A stretch of DNA of 64,000 nucleotides from an uncultured Acidobacteriaceae bacterium (GCA_963751285.1 CAVVUE010000005.1:301482-365481); one strand, 5' to 3'; positions 38,652 to 49,095 are shown, numbered from the stretch's first letter. Program-made: numbers and translations. Notes: generated by a model from the sequence alone, not told the origin.

Positions 38652-39563
38652 CTACTTCCACGCCTCCGTGATCTTCTTTGCTGACTCTGAGTACTGGAAC
38701 AACGCTTCACGCTTCTTTGCAAGGTCAGCCGTTCGCTGCGCGTCGAGGTCCCTCATATCGATTAGGTGAGCATCTGTGACGGTTGCGCCCCCCATGAGCT
38801 CCTTGCAATGGGGGTTGTCTTCATCGATGGAGATCCTGTGAAGCGTGACCTTCTGTGTATCACGTACAATCTCCATTTGGTCTCTTTCACAGGGCGGATT
38901 TGTGAGCTCTGCCAAGATTCGATGGTCATCCCATTTGGTGATGTTGTAATCCTTTGTCGTAACCACGAGTGCGGTACCAAAACCCAAAACGGCGTCCGAC
39001 TCCGTACATAAGCGAGACTTTGGGTTGCACTCAATATGGCTGGCTTGTACGCTGTTGTCGCCCTTGTTCTGATAGTCCCATGCTCCGTCGGCGGAGAAGT
39101 ATCCATTCCAAAACTGCGCAAAATAGAAGAAGCCCCCAGGTGTAACGATCCTCTTGTCTAAGAGCATCTCGTCTTGAGACAGCGCAAACGATGTTACTAC
39201 GTCGACATTGCCACTCTGAAAGATGCCCTTGCTCTTTTGGTAGCGGGACAGCGCATCCTGCGTTCTTCGATCGACACTTCCTGTGAACAGTGTCCCGTAC
39301 CCCAGAGTTCCAAGTGTTTTCTGGGATTCAAGAACGTAAAATGCATACTCCTTCTTGGCGTCCGCAGGATCGTCCTTCAAGCCTTTGAGGTAAGTAGCCT
39401 TTTGATCGTCGTAGCTCTGGCGCTGCTCGTTAGTCAGGGTCTTCAGGTATGCGGTGGACCCTTTCTCTGAGGCTTCGATGTCTGCTGGAGTTGGAACGGC
39501 CGGAGGGACCCGGCACCCACCGAGAGCGAGCAGAAGGGTGACCGAAGCAATCTTGGATTTCAT
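38652..39563 (-). CDS. Hypothetical lipoprotein with a peptidoglycan-binding-like segment
   Basis: Lipobox MKSKIASVTLLLALGGC. LGTLGYGTLFTGSVDRRTQDALSRYQKSKGI resembles a PG_binding_1 repeat. The rest was not recognised. Confidence 0.55.
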   Translation of the reverse strand: MKSKIASVTLLLALGGCRVPPAVPTPADIEASEKGSTAYLKTLTNEQRQSYDDQKATYLKGLKDDPADAKKEYAFYVLESQKTLGTLGYGTLFTGSVDRRTQDALSRYQKSKGIFQSGNVDVVTSFALSQDEMLLDKRIVTPGGFFYFAQFWNGYFSADGAWDYQNKGDNSVQASHIECNPKSRLCTESDAVLGFGTALVVTTKDYNITKWDDHRILAELTNPPCERDQMEIVRDTQKVTLHRISIDEDNPHCKELMGGATVTDAHLIDMRDLDAQRTADLAKKREALFQYSESAKKITEAWK

Positions 39564-39682
39564 GCGCCGAATTGTCTCACATCCGCGGGTAGAGAACTCA
39601 CCGATTTCAGCACATGTCTACGTGTTTCCGCCCTCAGATTCAGGAACGCTTCATTACCTAGGTTCCTCCGCATCTTCTTCCG

Positions 39683-39908
39683 CTACTTGCCAGAGTGCTT
39701 CAGCTTAGAGAACTGTTCTGCCGTCTGATTCAGGAACAGCCCACCCCCCATTCATGATGGCTTGATTCAGTATCAGTCGGCTCTCCTGATCCGTAAGTCC
39801 GCCGCCCCGCTCCACGAGCTCAATCACCTCATCCGCGGACTTGAAGTGCAGCTTCCTCGGTAGGGCAGTCTTCAGATCCGCCCCCATGAACTGGGCAGTG
39901 CCAGCCAA
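39683..39908 (-). pseudogene. Small conserved-looking ORF (~74 aa) interrupted at a homopolymer
   Basis: ORF 39705..39908 ends ...NQAIMNGGWAVPESDGRTVL. Removing one G from the G6 run (plus-strand C6, 39744-39749) gives ...NGGGLFLNQTAEQFSKLKHSGK, which reads like a natural C-terminus. Family not identified. Confidence 0.35.
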
Positions 39909-40685
39909 GGCGGCACTGGAAGGACATGTATACCGTCTCTCAACAGTCGCCCACTCAGAATAAGTGTTAGCGTAAAAGAGGTCATTTTGGTGGCTTTTGG
40001 GGCTCTGTTCCCGAGGGTGCTTGTATGTACGAGGCGCGCGGCTGCGTGTCTCTCTTGCACTTTGATTACACGGTGGAGCAGATCACGGAAAAGTGCGGGA
40101 ATACTGATCGTCACCCATCCCACTTCCGGCGCCAGCTTTCATTTGGCCGCTTCTTCGGCGATTAGCCGTACATTGGAGGTGATTCGCCTGTGCTGGGTGC
40201 TTCCCGGGCCGTGGTGTCCGTACGAGGAACGTCAATTTACCGGCATGGTGTCCGCATTTGTGGGGATTCGGTACTAAGCGGTTGAACCGGTTGAATGGGT
40301 GGAGTGGATTGAAAAAAAGGAAAGACTCGTGTATTCAATGGATAGCGGTATCTCATTGAATCGGAAGGTGCTGCCTGAGCGCGAGGGCCTCCAATCCCTC
40401 CCTCTCCCGCCATAATTGCATCGACCGGCCGCTCGCTCATCGCACGGACTGATTCTTGCGCTCATCTGGAGACTGCGCGTCGCTCGGGTCCGGAAACTGT
40501 TTCGGTTCGAACCTGCGATTGGCTTCGACATTAAGATATTTATTATCAATAATATATAGCATCTCTCTCGAGTTCTTCATGAATTCGCAATTGCGTATAA
40601 TCTCCGAACGAACTGGAGCCAGAGATTCGCTGGCAATCTATACGCGACAGCTAAACTCTGATCGGAGCTGTGCGTCAGCGACGCT

Positions 40686-42008
40686 TCAGCATGATTTCCC
40701 CATCGGTTGTTGCGCGACTGCTGATGGCTGTTTGCTTTTTGTTTCGCCGGCGGCGTACCAGTCGTCGCGAACCAGCGGCATCCGGCTGCGGCCGCGGTCA
40801 AGCCGACTGAGAAGGACCTGATGAATTGCGATTCGGCCGCTCTGGAAGGCCGCGGCGGATCCCGCTACGTAAAGCAACCAGATCCGGTAAGTGTCTTCCG
40901 GAACGATATTGAGCAGCGCAGCCTTGTTCTTCTGAAGTCCCTCCACCCAATTGCGCAGAGTGAGTTCGTAGTGCTCGCGCAGGTTCTCGACGTCGCGCAC
41001 TTCGAACCCTGCGCGCTCCGCTGCATTGATCGCCTCGGTGATGGTCACAAGTCTCCCATCCGGGAAAACATACCGATCGATAAAGGAGAGCTTGGGTGAA
41101 GCCGCCGATTGAGAGCGAGCAATGCCGTGGTTGAGAAGTGTGCCGCCCGGCTTGAGCAGTTCGTGCACGGTGGCAAAGTACATTGGCAGATTCGGCAGCC
41201 CAACGTGCTCGAACATCCCGATGCTCGCGATCTTGTCAAATGATCCACGGAGTTCTTCGCAATGGCGATAGTCGCGATGCTCGATGGTGCATGAGTCAGC
41301 CAGTCCGGCATCCCGAATTCTTTGCTTCGCAATGTCCGCCTGTTCGCGGCTGAGGGTGATTCCATGAGCCTGCGAGCCATAGCGGCAAGCGGCGTGCAGA
41401 ACGAGGCTTCCCCATCCGCAACCGACGTCGAGAAAGCGCTCGTTCTGCTTCAGCCGCAGCTTACGGCAAATCAAGTCGAGTTTCTGCTCCTGGGCCGTGT
41501 CGAGGGAATCATCCACACTGCGAAAATAAGCGCAGGAGTATGCGAGCGTTTCCCCCAGCCATGGGCGGTAAAACGCAACAGGTAGATCGTAGTGGTAAGA
41601 AATCGATGCCAGGTCCCGGGTTTTTGAGTGCTTCGGCCCATGCTTGAACCAGCGCCTCAGGCTCACTGCATCCGCCAGAATATTTTGGAAGGCTCTCCGC
41701 CGAAGGCTGCAAGGCCGTCCCATCAGGTACTCTGCAACGACCAACGCTGGGAAGAGGTCGCCCTCAACATCCAGCTCCTTGCGGACGAATGCCTCTCCCA
41801 GAGTGACGTCGTCGGTGCCGGCGGCAAGAGATGCAACGGCATCGGGTGAGTTGATCGCCAGTGTGCATGCGCCTCCATCTGATCCGTAGTTCCACTGCCA
41901 TCCGTTCCAAAGCCGAATCGAGAATTCCGGACCATCGTATCCACTGAATAGGTCGGCTAGCTGCTTACCAAGCCGCTTTTCGCGAGATGCTGATGGATCG
42001 CTGCGCAT
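40686..42008 (-). CDS. cfa: Cyclopropane-fatty-acyl-phospholipid synthase-family SAM methyltransferase
   Basis: ISYHYDLPVAFYRPWLGETLAYSCAYF, SAM motif LDVGCGWGSLVLHAA, and IASIGMFEHVG. Confidence 0.85.
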   Translation of the reverse strand: MRSDPSASREKRLGKQLADLFSGYDGPEFSIRLWNGWQWNYGSDGGACTLAINSPDAVASLAAGTDDVTLGEAFVRKELDVEGDLFPALVVAEYLMGRPCSLRRRAFQNILADAVSLRRWFKHGPKHSKTRDLASISYHYDLPVAFYRPWLGETLAYSCAYFRSVDDSLDTAQEQKLDLICRKLRLKQNERFLDVGCGWGSLVLHAACRYGSQAHGITLSREQADIAKQRIRDAGLADSCTIEHRDYRHCEELRGSFDKIASIGMFEHVGLPNLPMYFATVHELLKPGGTLLNHGIARSQSAASPKLSFIDRYVFPDGRLVTITEAINAAERAGFEVRDVENLREHYELTLRNWVEGLQKNKAALLNIVPEDTYRIWLLYVAGSAAAFQSGRIAIHQVLLSRLDRGRSRMPLVRDDWYAAGETKSKQPSAVAQQPMGKSC

Positions 42009-42243
42009 ATTTGGACTCGATGAACTGGATCAACAGAAGATTGGTCATGTACCCGCCGTCAATGACGGCCCCAATCCAATCTCGATGATGCCTGAAGGCC
42101 AGTCCCGCCGGAATGGAAAGACACAAGCGGACCGCGCAGGAAACGGGCCGGGGGAATGCGTGATCTGCTGGCGTCATTATCATCCTCGCCTACAGAGTTT
42201 GCCTAGCATCGAGTTCAACGCATTTTGGCCGCCTGTGGGAACA

Positions 42244-42278
42244 AATTAAAAGACCTGCACCCGAAGATCGAGTGCAGG
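42244..42278 (-). terminator. Rho-independent-terminator-like hairpin on the minus strand
   Basis: Minus strand reads CCTGCAC-TCGATCTTCGG-GTGCAGG followed by TCTTTTAATTT. It lies in the divergent cfa / OMP intergenic region. Confidence 0.45.
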
Positions 42279-42577
42279 CGAAAGGTGGTAGGACAGGTTA
42301 CTTTGGTGATTCGGGCTGCAGGCGGTTGAGCTGAGCGAGACAGTGGACGGCGCGGATAGCCGTTCCGGGCCAGACATCGGTCCAGGTACGCACACCTGGC
42401 GGTATCGGTGCGGTGCAACAACGTAAACCGCTTTGTCGCAGCGGTAACCTCCTTTATCCTAATTGCTTGATCCAAACACAGTTTCTAATCCGTACGTTTT
42501 GGCGATTTCCGACCGTACGATGTGAGAGGGAGGATGTGTTCCTGAACGCCGCAGTCAATTCGCTTTGCATCGGGAGA

Positions 42578-43771
42578 ATGAGAATGCGCAATTGGCTGCT
42601 CGTTCTGTTTGCGTTGTGCTTCTTTTCGATTTTTTTGAGTGCCCAGTCAGGGGATCTCGCTTCCTATCAGATTTACGGTGGGTTCACTTCCCTCTCCAAT
42701 TCTTTCAATGGCGTCCCTGGATCCCGTCAACCCCTGTTCGGTTGGGAAGCAGCTCTTGCTTTTCCCGCCTGGCATCATTTGCGGCCAAAACTTGACTATG
42801 CAGCCTTCAACGGAACCAATCTCGGCGCTCCGCAACATGCCTTTTTCATTACGGCAGGCGGCGAGTACGAGTACAACGTGGGCAAGGAGAGGCTTTTCGC
42901 GGATGCCATGTTTGGCGACGTGGGTCTGAATCAGAATTGGGGTGCGAATGGGTCGCCAGGGAGCAGTGCTTCCTTCACCACGTTGTTCGGTGGCGGCGTA
43001 GACACCCCGGTAAGCAAGCATCTCGCGATTCGTCTGGAAGGCGGGTACCAGTACACGAACTTTGCCCTGTACCAGAGTTTGAGCTACAAGTTTCCGTACA
43101 GGATTCCGGGGCTGCCCAATAACTTCGCCCGCTTCTCCACCGGATTGGTTTGGATTCCCGGTCTCAAATCAACGTCCAGCGACGTCACCAGCAGTCGCCA
43201 GGAACATCAGCCGGTTGAAAGCGAGTTGGTCTACGAAGACATCGGCTCCTTTGGACACTACCACCTCTTTGCCGACTCATGGTGGAGCAATCTACACACC
43301 GCGGGTGTGGAATATGACCGACACTCCTGGGGAAAGTTCATCGGAGCGCGAATGGATTATACCGCCGATATCATGCCGCTGGTGATCCTGACCCAGCCCA
43401 GCAAAACTGACGTGTGGGGAGATCCGCTGACCACTGATCGTGAACACGTTCCAGGCTTGGCGATCGCGCCCGCCGGGCTGCGCATGATGTGGAGAGACGG
43501 CAAGCGCGTCAAGCCTTATTACTTTATTAAAGGCGGTTTGATCGGCTTCACACAAAAGGCGCTCTCAAAAAACGCCACCTATGAGAGCTTCACCCTTCAA
43601 GAAAGCCTGGGCGCTCAATTCAAACTGACCGGGCGATGGGATTTTCGCGCCGGGTTCCTCTTTTTTCATTTTTCGGATGGGTTTATCGTAGCGAGCAATC
43701 CAGGACTCGACTCTCTGACCTATAACGCCGGCCTTAGCTATCACTTGGGAAAGCGGGATTCTGGCCGCTAA
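42578..43771 (+). CDS. Two-part outer-membrane beta-barrel protein with PagL-like C-terminal half
   Basis: ATG 42578 after GGGAGAA. Signal peptide MRMRNWLLVLFALCFFSIFLSAQS. The N-terminal half is a small OMP barrel; the C-terminal half ends FLFFHFSDGFIVASNPGLDSLTYNAGLSYHLGK (His-x-Ser-Asp-Gly). Confidence 0.6.
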   Translation: MRMRNWLLVLFALCFFSIFLSAQSGDLASYQIYGGFTSLSNSFNGVPGSRQPLFGWEAALAFPAWHHLRPKLDYAAFNGTNLGAPQHAFFITAGGEYEYNVGKERLFADAMFGDVGLNQNWGANGSPGSSASFTTLFGGGVDTPVSKHLAIRLEGGYQYTNFALYQSLSYKFPYRIPGLPNNFARFSTGLVWIPGLKSTSSDVTSSRQEHQPVESELVYEDIGSFGHYHLFADSWWSNLHTAGVEYDRHSWGKFIGARMDYTADIMPLVILTQPSKTDVWGDPLTTDREHVPGLAIAPAGLRMMWRDGKRVKPYYFIKGGLIGFTQKALSKNATYESFTLQESLGAQFKLTGRWDFRAGFLFFHFSDGFIVASNPGLDSLTYNAGLSYHLGKRDSGR

Positions 43772-43908
43772 CGGGCCCGTGCAAGCGCAGGCGACAACGC
43801 GGCAGGAAACGGTAGTCTGCCCGACACGGTCAGCGACGTAGCCGCTCGGGGTGGACTGGGCTAGGCTCTCATGAGAGCGGTTGGCCAGCCCTGACAAGAC
43901 TTCAACAA

Positions 43909-43932
43909 GGCGGCTCGAACACTGGAGCCGCC
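43909..43932 (+). terminator. Perfect 8-bp stem hairpin downstream of the OMP gene
   Basis: GGCGGCTC-gaacactg-GAGCCGCC. No T-tract follows, so it is only a weak terminator candidate. Confidence 0.3.
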
Positions 43933-44196
43933 CAGTGAGATAGCGGAAAACGAAAATTACCGATGGCCGCTAGGACCGCCATTCCCGACAAATCCTCCAC
44001 TGTGCTCGCCGCCTCCATCATGGTTTGCTAACCCGGAATTCTCCTGACTTCCAGTCTGGCGTTCACTCTGAAGGTTCCCGAATCTACGAATGTTCGAAAC
44101 CCCCTGAGCCCCGCAGATCATGAGTGGGCGTATGATCGTCAACTAGGTCAACCTCCCATTTGTTCATGATCTATCGGCGTTTGGTTTGCAGGCAAG

Positions 44197-46754
44197 ATGG
44201 TCGGTGGCAAGAGAGTCAGCCGGATGTGGCGATTACCGTTCTTATTGCTCCGTAAAGGGATCCCGTGCGCTCTTGCTCTGCTGGCATTCGCCAGTGGAGC
44301 GCTGTACGCTCAGGAATACAGTTTCCGTACCTTTGGAACTGCGGAAGGGCTGACCAACCTCGCGATCCTGCAAATCTACCAGGACCGCGTTGGCTTCATT
44401 TGGGTCAGCACCCAGGACGGTATCTTCCGATACGACGGGGATCGCTTCGAGGCCTTTGCTGCGGAACAGGGGATTCCGTCGAATTCGGGCTTGGCGTTTG
44501 GCGATGCGCCCGATGGGTCTCTTCTTGCCGGTGGAGACGTTGGACTCTACCGTCTTTCCGGCAACCACTTTAAAAAGCTGGCCGTCGATTTCAACACCAT
44601 CTCCTCGGCTCAAGGCATCGAATCGGACGGGAAGGGCCACACCTATCTTGGCACCGACGCCGGGCTTGTGGAACTGTATTCCCAACCGGGACCGGATGAA
44701 TTTGGCATGCAGAGGTTTCCTCCGCCTGCGGGAACATCCGGACCGGCCGCTTATGGAATTCTCGTAGACGGCGACACCGTCTGGTATGGCTGCGGACTGC
44801 AACTCTGCCGCATGGATGCCGCTGGTACTCGCGTCTTTGGAACTGAAAGCGGGCTTCCGGACCGGGAGTTGCAGGGCATCCGGAAAGACCGCGCTGGAAA
44901 TCTCTGGGTGCGGGCGCGGAATGCGGGCGTTTTTGAATGGCCCGCCGGTAAGGCCAGATTCGAGAGGCCAAAACTCCCCTTTTCGCCAGAAGACATCGGT
45001 GGAGTTCCCGCAGTGGATGACGATGGACGGATTCTGCTTACGACTCCGGTGGGGTTGCTGATCGGGGACGAGAACAAATGGCAGCTGGTCGACCGGTCCG
45101 TCGGGCTTCGTGGCACAGTCTATTCAGCCTTCGAAGACAGACAGCATTCTCTCTGGATCGGATTGGCTGGCCGGGGGCTGGCGCAGTGGCTCGGCTACAG
45201 GGAATGGGAGAGCTATTCGACCGAGAGTGGGCTTGCCAGCGACGTTGTGTACGAAATTCTCCCGCAGGACGATGGGTCGCTCCTGGTGGGCACTCTAGCA
45301 GGCTTGTTTCGCGGAGAGCGGCGCCCATTCGGCATGTCGTTTCGGAGTGTTGCGGGGCTGGGCGGTTTTGCCGTGCACAGCGTGCGCAGCGCGCCCAACA
45401 GGGACATTTGGATAGGGACAGACGAGCGCGGCGTGGCCCGCATCGATGCGCGAACCGGCAAGGTGGAGTGGTTTGGCGAGAGGCAGGGGCTCGCCGACAG
45501 GGCGGTGTACAAGCTGCGCTTCGATCGCGAACAGCGATTGTGGGTAACCACCGAAGCAGGCCTCTTCATGGCCATGCCTCCGTACAGGAGATTCTCGCGG
45601 ATCACTGAATTGCCCTCTACACGGATGTGGTCAGTTACCGAAGGGTCCGATGGCACCATTTGGGCTGGGGGTGCTGGCGGGCTCTATGAACTCGCAGGAG
45701 GCAGGTGGAAGAACCTAACACGCGCTGACGGACTGAGCAACACGGAGGTGCTTTCGCTCGGTGCGGGACCGAATGGCGTCGTGTGGGTCGGCTATAGGTT
45801 TGGAGGCGGCATCGATCGTGTGCGTCCGAAAGCTGGCGGCGTGGCAATCGAGAAGGGCGTTCAAAGAAGAGGCAGCGACGGACTGATTTACTTTCTTAGG
45901 TTCGACCATTTGGGGCGGCTGTGGGCGGGCACCGAGCACGGTGTGGACATCTGGGATGGCGCCCGCTGGAGCCACTACGACATGAACGATGGCCTGGTTT
46001 GGGACGACTGCAACCTGAATGCATTCGCCGAAGAGCCCGACGGAAGTGTTTGGATCGGAACAAGCGGCGGACTCTCACGTTTCAGGCCGCTTGGGCGTCA
46101 CGCTCCGGATGCTCCCCTGACGGTTGTCTTCACCGGGCTTGTGAATGGGCACACGGATGTGTCCGAGCTCCGCGATCCATCCTTTGGCAGCCACGCGAAC
46201 TCTCTCATCGCAAGGTTTTCCGCGCTAAATGCGTCCAGTCAGAACGAAGTGACCTTGCGCTATCGGTTGGGTGGTGCAACCTCTGACTGGACTGAGACGA
46301 GCGAAAGAGAATTGCAATTCGCCAATCTGGCGCCAGGATCGTACCGACTCGAGATCGATGCGCGAGGCAGTGATTGGGAGGTGGAGCGCGCACAGCGCCG
46401 AGTTCGCATTCAGGATTTTGCCTCCATGGTCTCACCCGGCTTTGCAGGCGCAAGCTGGACCTGGCCGCGCGCTGCGGCGGTGAGGAGTTCGCCATGATTC
46501 TTCCTTTAGTCAATCCCGCCGATGCTGAGCGCATCGCGGAGTCTGTACGGCAGGCAATCGTCGCTCTCAAAATCCCGCATCCCGCATCGCCGACCGCCCC
46601 ATACCTCACGGTGAGCGTGGGCGTGGCAACGGCAACACCGGAATGTTGCTGCTCCAGCGAAGCCCTCTCTGCTGCCGCCGACAAGGCACTTTATGCGGCA
46701 AAGAACAGCGGACGGAATCGGGTCTGTGTCGCCCAGCGCGACAACGTTGAGTAG
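44197..46754 (+). pseudogene. Periplasmic beta-propeller / Y_Y_Y sensor diguanylate cyclase, decayed (frameshift plus internal deletion)
   Basis: Two-component-regulator-propeller repeats (FIWVSTQDGIFRYDG, LWVRARNAGVFEW, LWIGLAGRGLAQW, ...). The Y_Y_Y end YRLEIDARGSD shifts frame at 46372-46375 to GRWSAHSAEFAFRILPPW. This is followed directly, in a third frame, by RKLDLAARCGGEEFAMILP...ADKALYAAKNSGRNRV. The TM segment and the first half of the GGDEF domain are therefore missing. Confidence 0.7.
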
Positions 46755-46862
46755 AGGACTGCGGCGCCTGCGAACCTCAATCCGGCCTGACATCGAGCGT
46801 GTCCGGCTATGGGCCAAGATCTCTGGCTCCGTTTGGTACAGAAATCCGGGGCGCCTCACCAA

Positions 46863-48340
46863 ATACGATTTCATACTCTGTTCTGTGCGGATTTAGGAGT
46901 GCAGGTAACCGGCGCACTGGACTTTTCGCCTTTTTCTTACCCAATGGGTGAGATACAAAAACGACCCTTTCAGCTCTCCTTCAACGCTTCTCTCAGGGTC
47001 GATTTCCAGGGTTCCCGCGTCACCTCTGACGGCGGGCTGATTCTGGTGCGTGAGTTGGACGAGCGATTGGGCTTCGGCGAACTTGCGGCTGAATGCCTTA
47101 CCGACACGCGAGCGAAGAACACACAGTTACCGATTGTCGATCTGCTGCGCCAATCGGTGTACAGCCGCCTGGCAGGATACGAAGACGTGAACGATTCCGA
47201 ACGCCTGGCTCAAGACCCGAGCTTCCGTCTGATCGGCTCGGAGAAGATTTGGGATCGCGGCGTAGCCCTGCCCTCCCGGTTGCAGAGCTTTGAGGCGCAG
47301 ATGCTGGCCGAGGATGGAAACTTCTCGGGACTGGCGCGGCTGAATCGGGAACTGGTGGGCAAAGCAGAAGCAATCGATTCGCACTGCCGGACCGTGCTGG
47401 ACATGGATTCGACTGAGATTCCGGTGTACGGAGAGCAGGAGCAGAGCGCCTACAACGGGCATTTTGAATCGACCTGCTATCACCCACTTTTGCTGTTCAA
47501 CGGGGACGGCGATTGCTTGGCGGCCAAACTGCGGCCCGGCAACGTGCACAGCGCCGAGGGTTGGGAAGGGCTTCTGCTGCCAGAGATTGAACGGCAACAG
47601 AAGCTAGGCAAGGAAGTGGCGTTTCGAGCTGACGCCGCATTTGCCAAGCCGGAAATTTATGAGGCGCTGGAAAGCCGGGGCGTGAAGTATGCCATTCGCA
47701 TGCCGGCCAATGAGAACCTGGAACGGGATGTGGCGGAACTGCTGCCGCGCCTGGTGGGGCGTCCCAGTCACAAACCGATCGTGTGGCACAAAGGCTTTCT
47801 CTACAGGGCCGCCAGTTGGACGAAGGCACGGCGAGTGGTGGCGAAGGTCGAACATCATGCCGGGGAGTTGTTCCCGCGCATGGGGTTCATCGTGACCAAC
47901 CTGGAAACGGACAGCCGGGCGATAGTACGGTTCTACAACAAGCGGGGAACTGCGGAGCAATGGATCAAGGAAGGCAAGCAGGCGGTGAAGATGACACGGC
48001 TGAGTTGCCATCGCTTCAGGTCGAATGAAGTGCGGCTATGGCTCAGCCTGATCGCCTACAACTTGGGCAACCTGTGGCGGAGGTTGGCGTTGCCGAAGAA
48101 GATCGAGAACTGGTCGCTGACCAGTTTGCAGCAACGGTTGGTTAAGACGGGAGGCAGGCTGGTCAAGCATGCCCGCTACTACTGGCTATTGTTGGCAGAG
48201 AGCCATCTGACGCGGCGCCTGTTCGGAAGCATGCTGCGGCGGATAGAGGGTTTGCCGCTGCCAGTGGGATAGGCGCGGTAGCCAGGCGAAACCAATCTGG
48301 ACGGAGGGGAGTTGACGGGGGAGGTGTTCGTGAAATCACT
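46863..48340 (+). mobile_element. IS1380-family insertion sequence, apparently intact (ends approximate)
   Basis: Complete transposase gene. The only terminal inverted match I could see is GATTTCA (46867-46873) with TGAAATC (48331-48337). The remnant at 22 kb loses similarity at the equivalent point. No clean target duplication was identified. Confidence 0.55.
46944..48272 (+). CDS. IS1380-family DDE transposase
   Basis: MGEIQKRPFQLSFNASLRVDFQGSRVTSDGGLILVRELDERLGF...DSTEIPVYGEQE...FRADAAFAKPEIYEALE...RFYNKRGTAEQWIKEGKQAVKMTRLSCHRF. 442 aa from ATG 46944. Confidence 0.9.
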   Translation: MGEIQKRPFQLSFNASLRVDFQGSRVTSDGGLILVRELDERLGFGELAAECLTDTRAKNTQLPIVDLLRQSVYSRLAGYEDVNDSERLAQDPSFRLIGSEKIWDRGVALPSRLQSFEAQMLAEDGNFSGLARLNRELVGKAEAIDSHCRTVLDMDSTEIPVYGEQEQSAYNGHFESTCYHPLLLFNGDGDCLAAKLRPGNVHSAEGWEGLLLPEIERQQKLGKEVAFRADAAFAKPEIYEALESRGVKYAIRMPANENLERDVAELLPRLVGRPSHKPIVWHKGFLYRAASWTKARRVVAKVEHHAGELFPRMGFIVTNLETDSRAIVRFYNKRGTAEQWIKEGKQAVKMTRLSCHRFRSNEVRLWLSLIAYNLGNLWRRLALPKKIENWSLTSLQQRLVKTGGRLVKHARYYWLLLAESHLTRRLFGSMLRRIEGLPLPVG

Positions 48341-48591
48341 TCGAAATGGGGCAAATCACGGCTTTTTGGTCCCGGCAATGGCCCAGCGGGGCACGCTCGG
48401 GCTCTGGCCTTGGACGAAACGCGAGATAAAGATGGTGAGCTTGGCACTCGGGGGTATATTCTTCGGTAGCCAGGAAACAAAATGGAAATTCCAGCTTGAA
48501 GACACAGAAGAGACTCCGAAGGTCGCTGCCTCATGGGTGAGTTGCAACACATACGATCTCACGATAGAATCCGCAACGGACAGGAGGAACT

Positions 48592-49095
48592 ATGGCCAGC
48601 CCTGCAAAACCAGCCGTGAACCCTATCGCCCTGAAACAAGGAGAAGGAGAGGCTCTTTGGTTCAACGGCGCTCTGGTTATCGTCAAAGCCAGCGGTGAAA
48701 CGACCGCCGGGCGCGTGACGGTGATTGAGCATCTGGCTCCGGAGGGCTCCGGGCCGCCGGTGCACGTTCATCACCGAGAGGATGAGTGGTTCTATGTCAT
48801 CGAGGGCGCATTGACCTTCTGGGTTGGGGGCAGGATCATCAAGGCATCGACCGGGTCGTTCGTGTACGGACCGCGAGATATCCCCCACACCTTCATAGTC
48901 ACGTCGCCACAAGCGCGCAGCCTTGTGGTCACCGAGCCCGCCGGGTTCGAAAAGTTCATGCGCGCCCTGGGCGAACCAGCGGCGGCACACACGATTCCGC
49001 CGGCCAGCGTTCCGCTGCCGGGCCGCGACCGGATCATGGCAGCCGCGGCAGAGTTCGGGCTCGAAATACTCGGCCCGCCAGGCATCCCTACCTAG
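48592..49095 (+). CDS. Cupin-domain protein
   Basis: GPPVHVHHREDEWFYVIEGALTFWVGG....GSFVYGPRDIPHTF (cupin motifs 1 and 2). Confidence 0.8.
   Translation: MASPAKPAVNPIALKQGEGEALWFNGALVIVKASGETTAGRVTVIEHLAPEGSGPPVHVHHREDEWFYVIEGALTFWVGGRIIKASTGSFVYGPRDIPHTFIVTSPQARSLVVTEPAGFEKFMRALGEPAAAHTIPPASVPLPGRDRIMAAAAEFGLEILGPPGIPT

Noticed and set aside
40278-40313. Tandem 9-mers (G/C)CGGTTGAA x2 plus a degenerate third copy (GGATTGAA), iteron-like.
   Set aside because: There are only two exact copies, no replication or partition gene is nearby, and the statistical weight is too low.
41965-42183. A 72-aa ORF upstream of and overlapping the cfa start.
   Set aside because: It has no RBS, overlaps the cfa start region and shows no recognisable family.
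46863-46873. ATACGATTTCA (46863-46873) and ATACGATCTCA (48551-48561) as a possible target duplication defining a longer (~1.7 kb) IS1380.
   Set aside because: The sequences just inside these sites are not inverted repeats of each other. The 22-kb remnant loses similarity about 220 bp earlier, and IS1380-family duplications are normally 4-5 bp.
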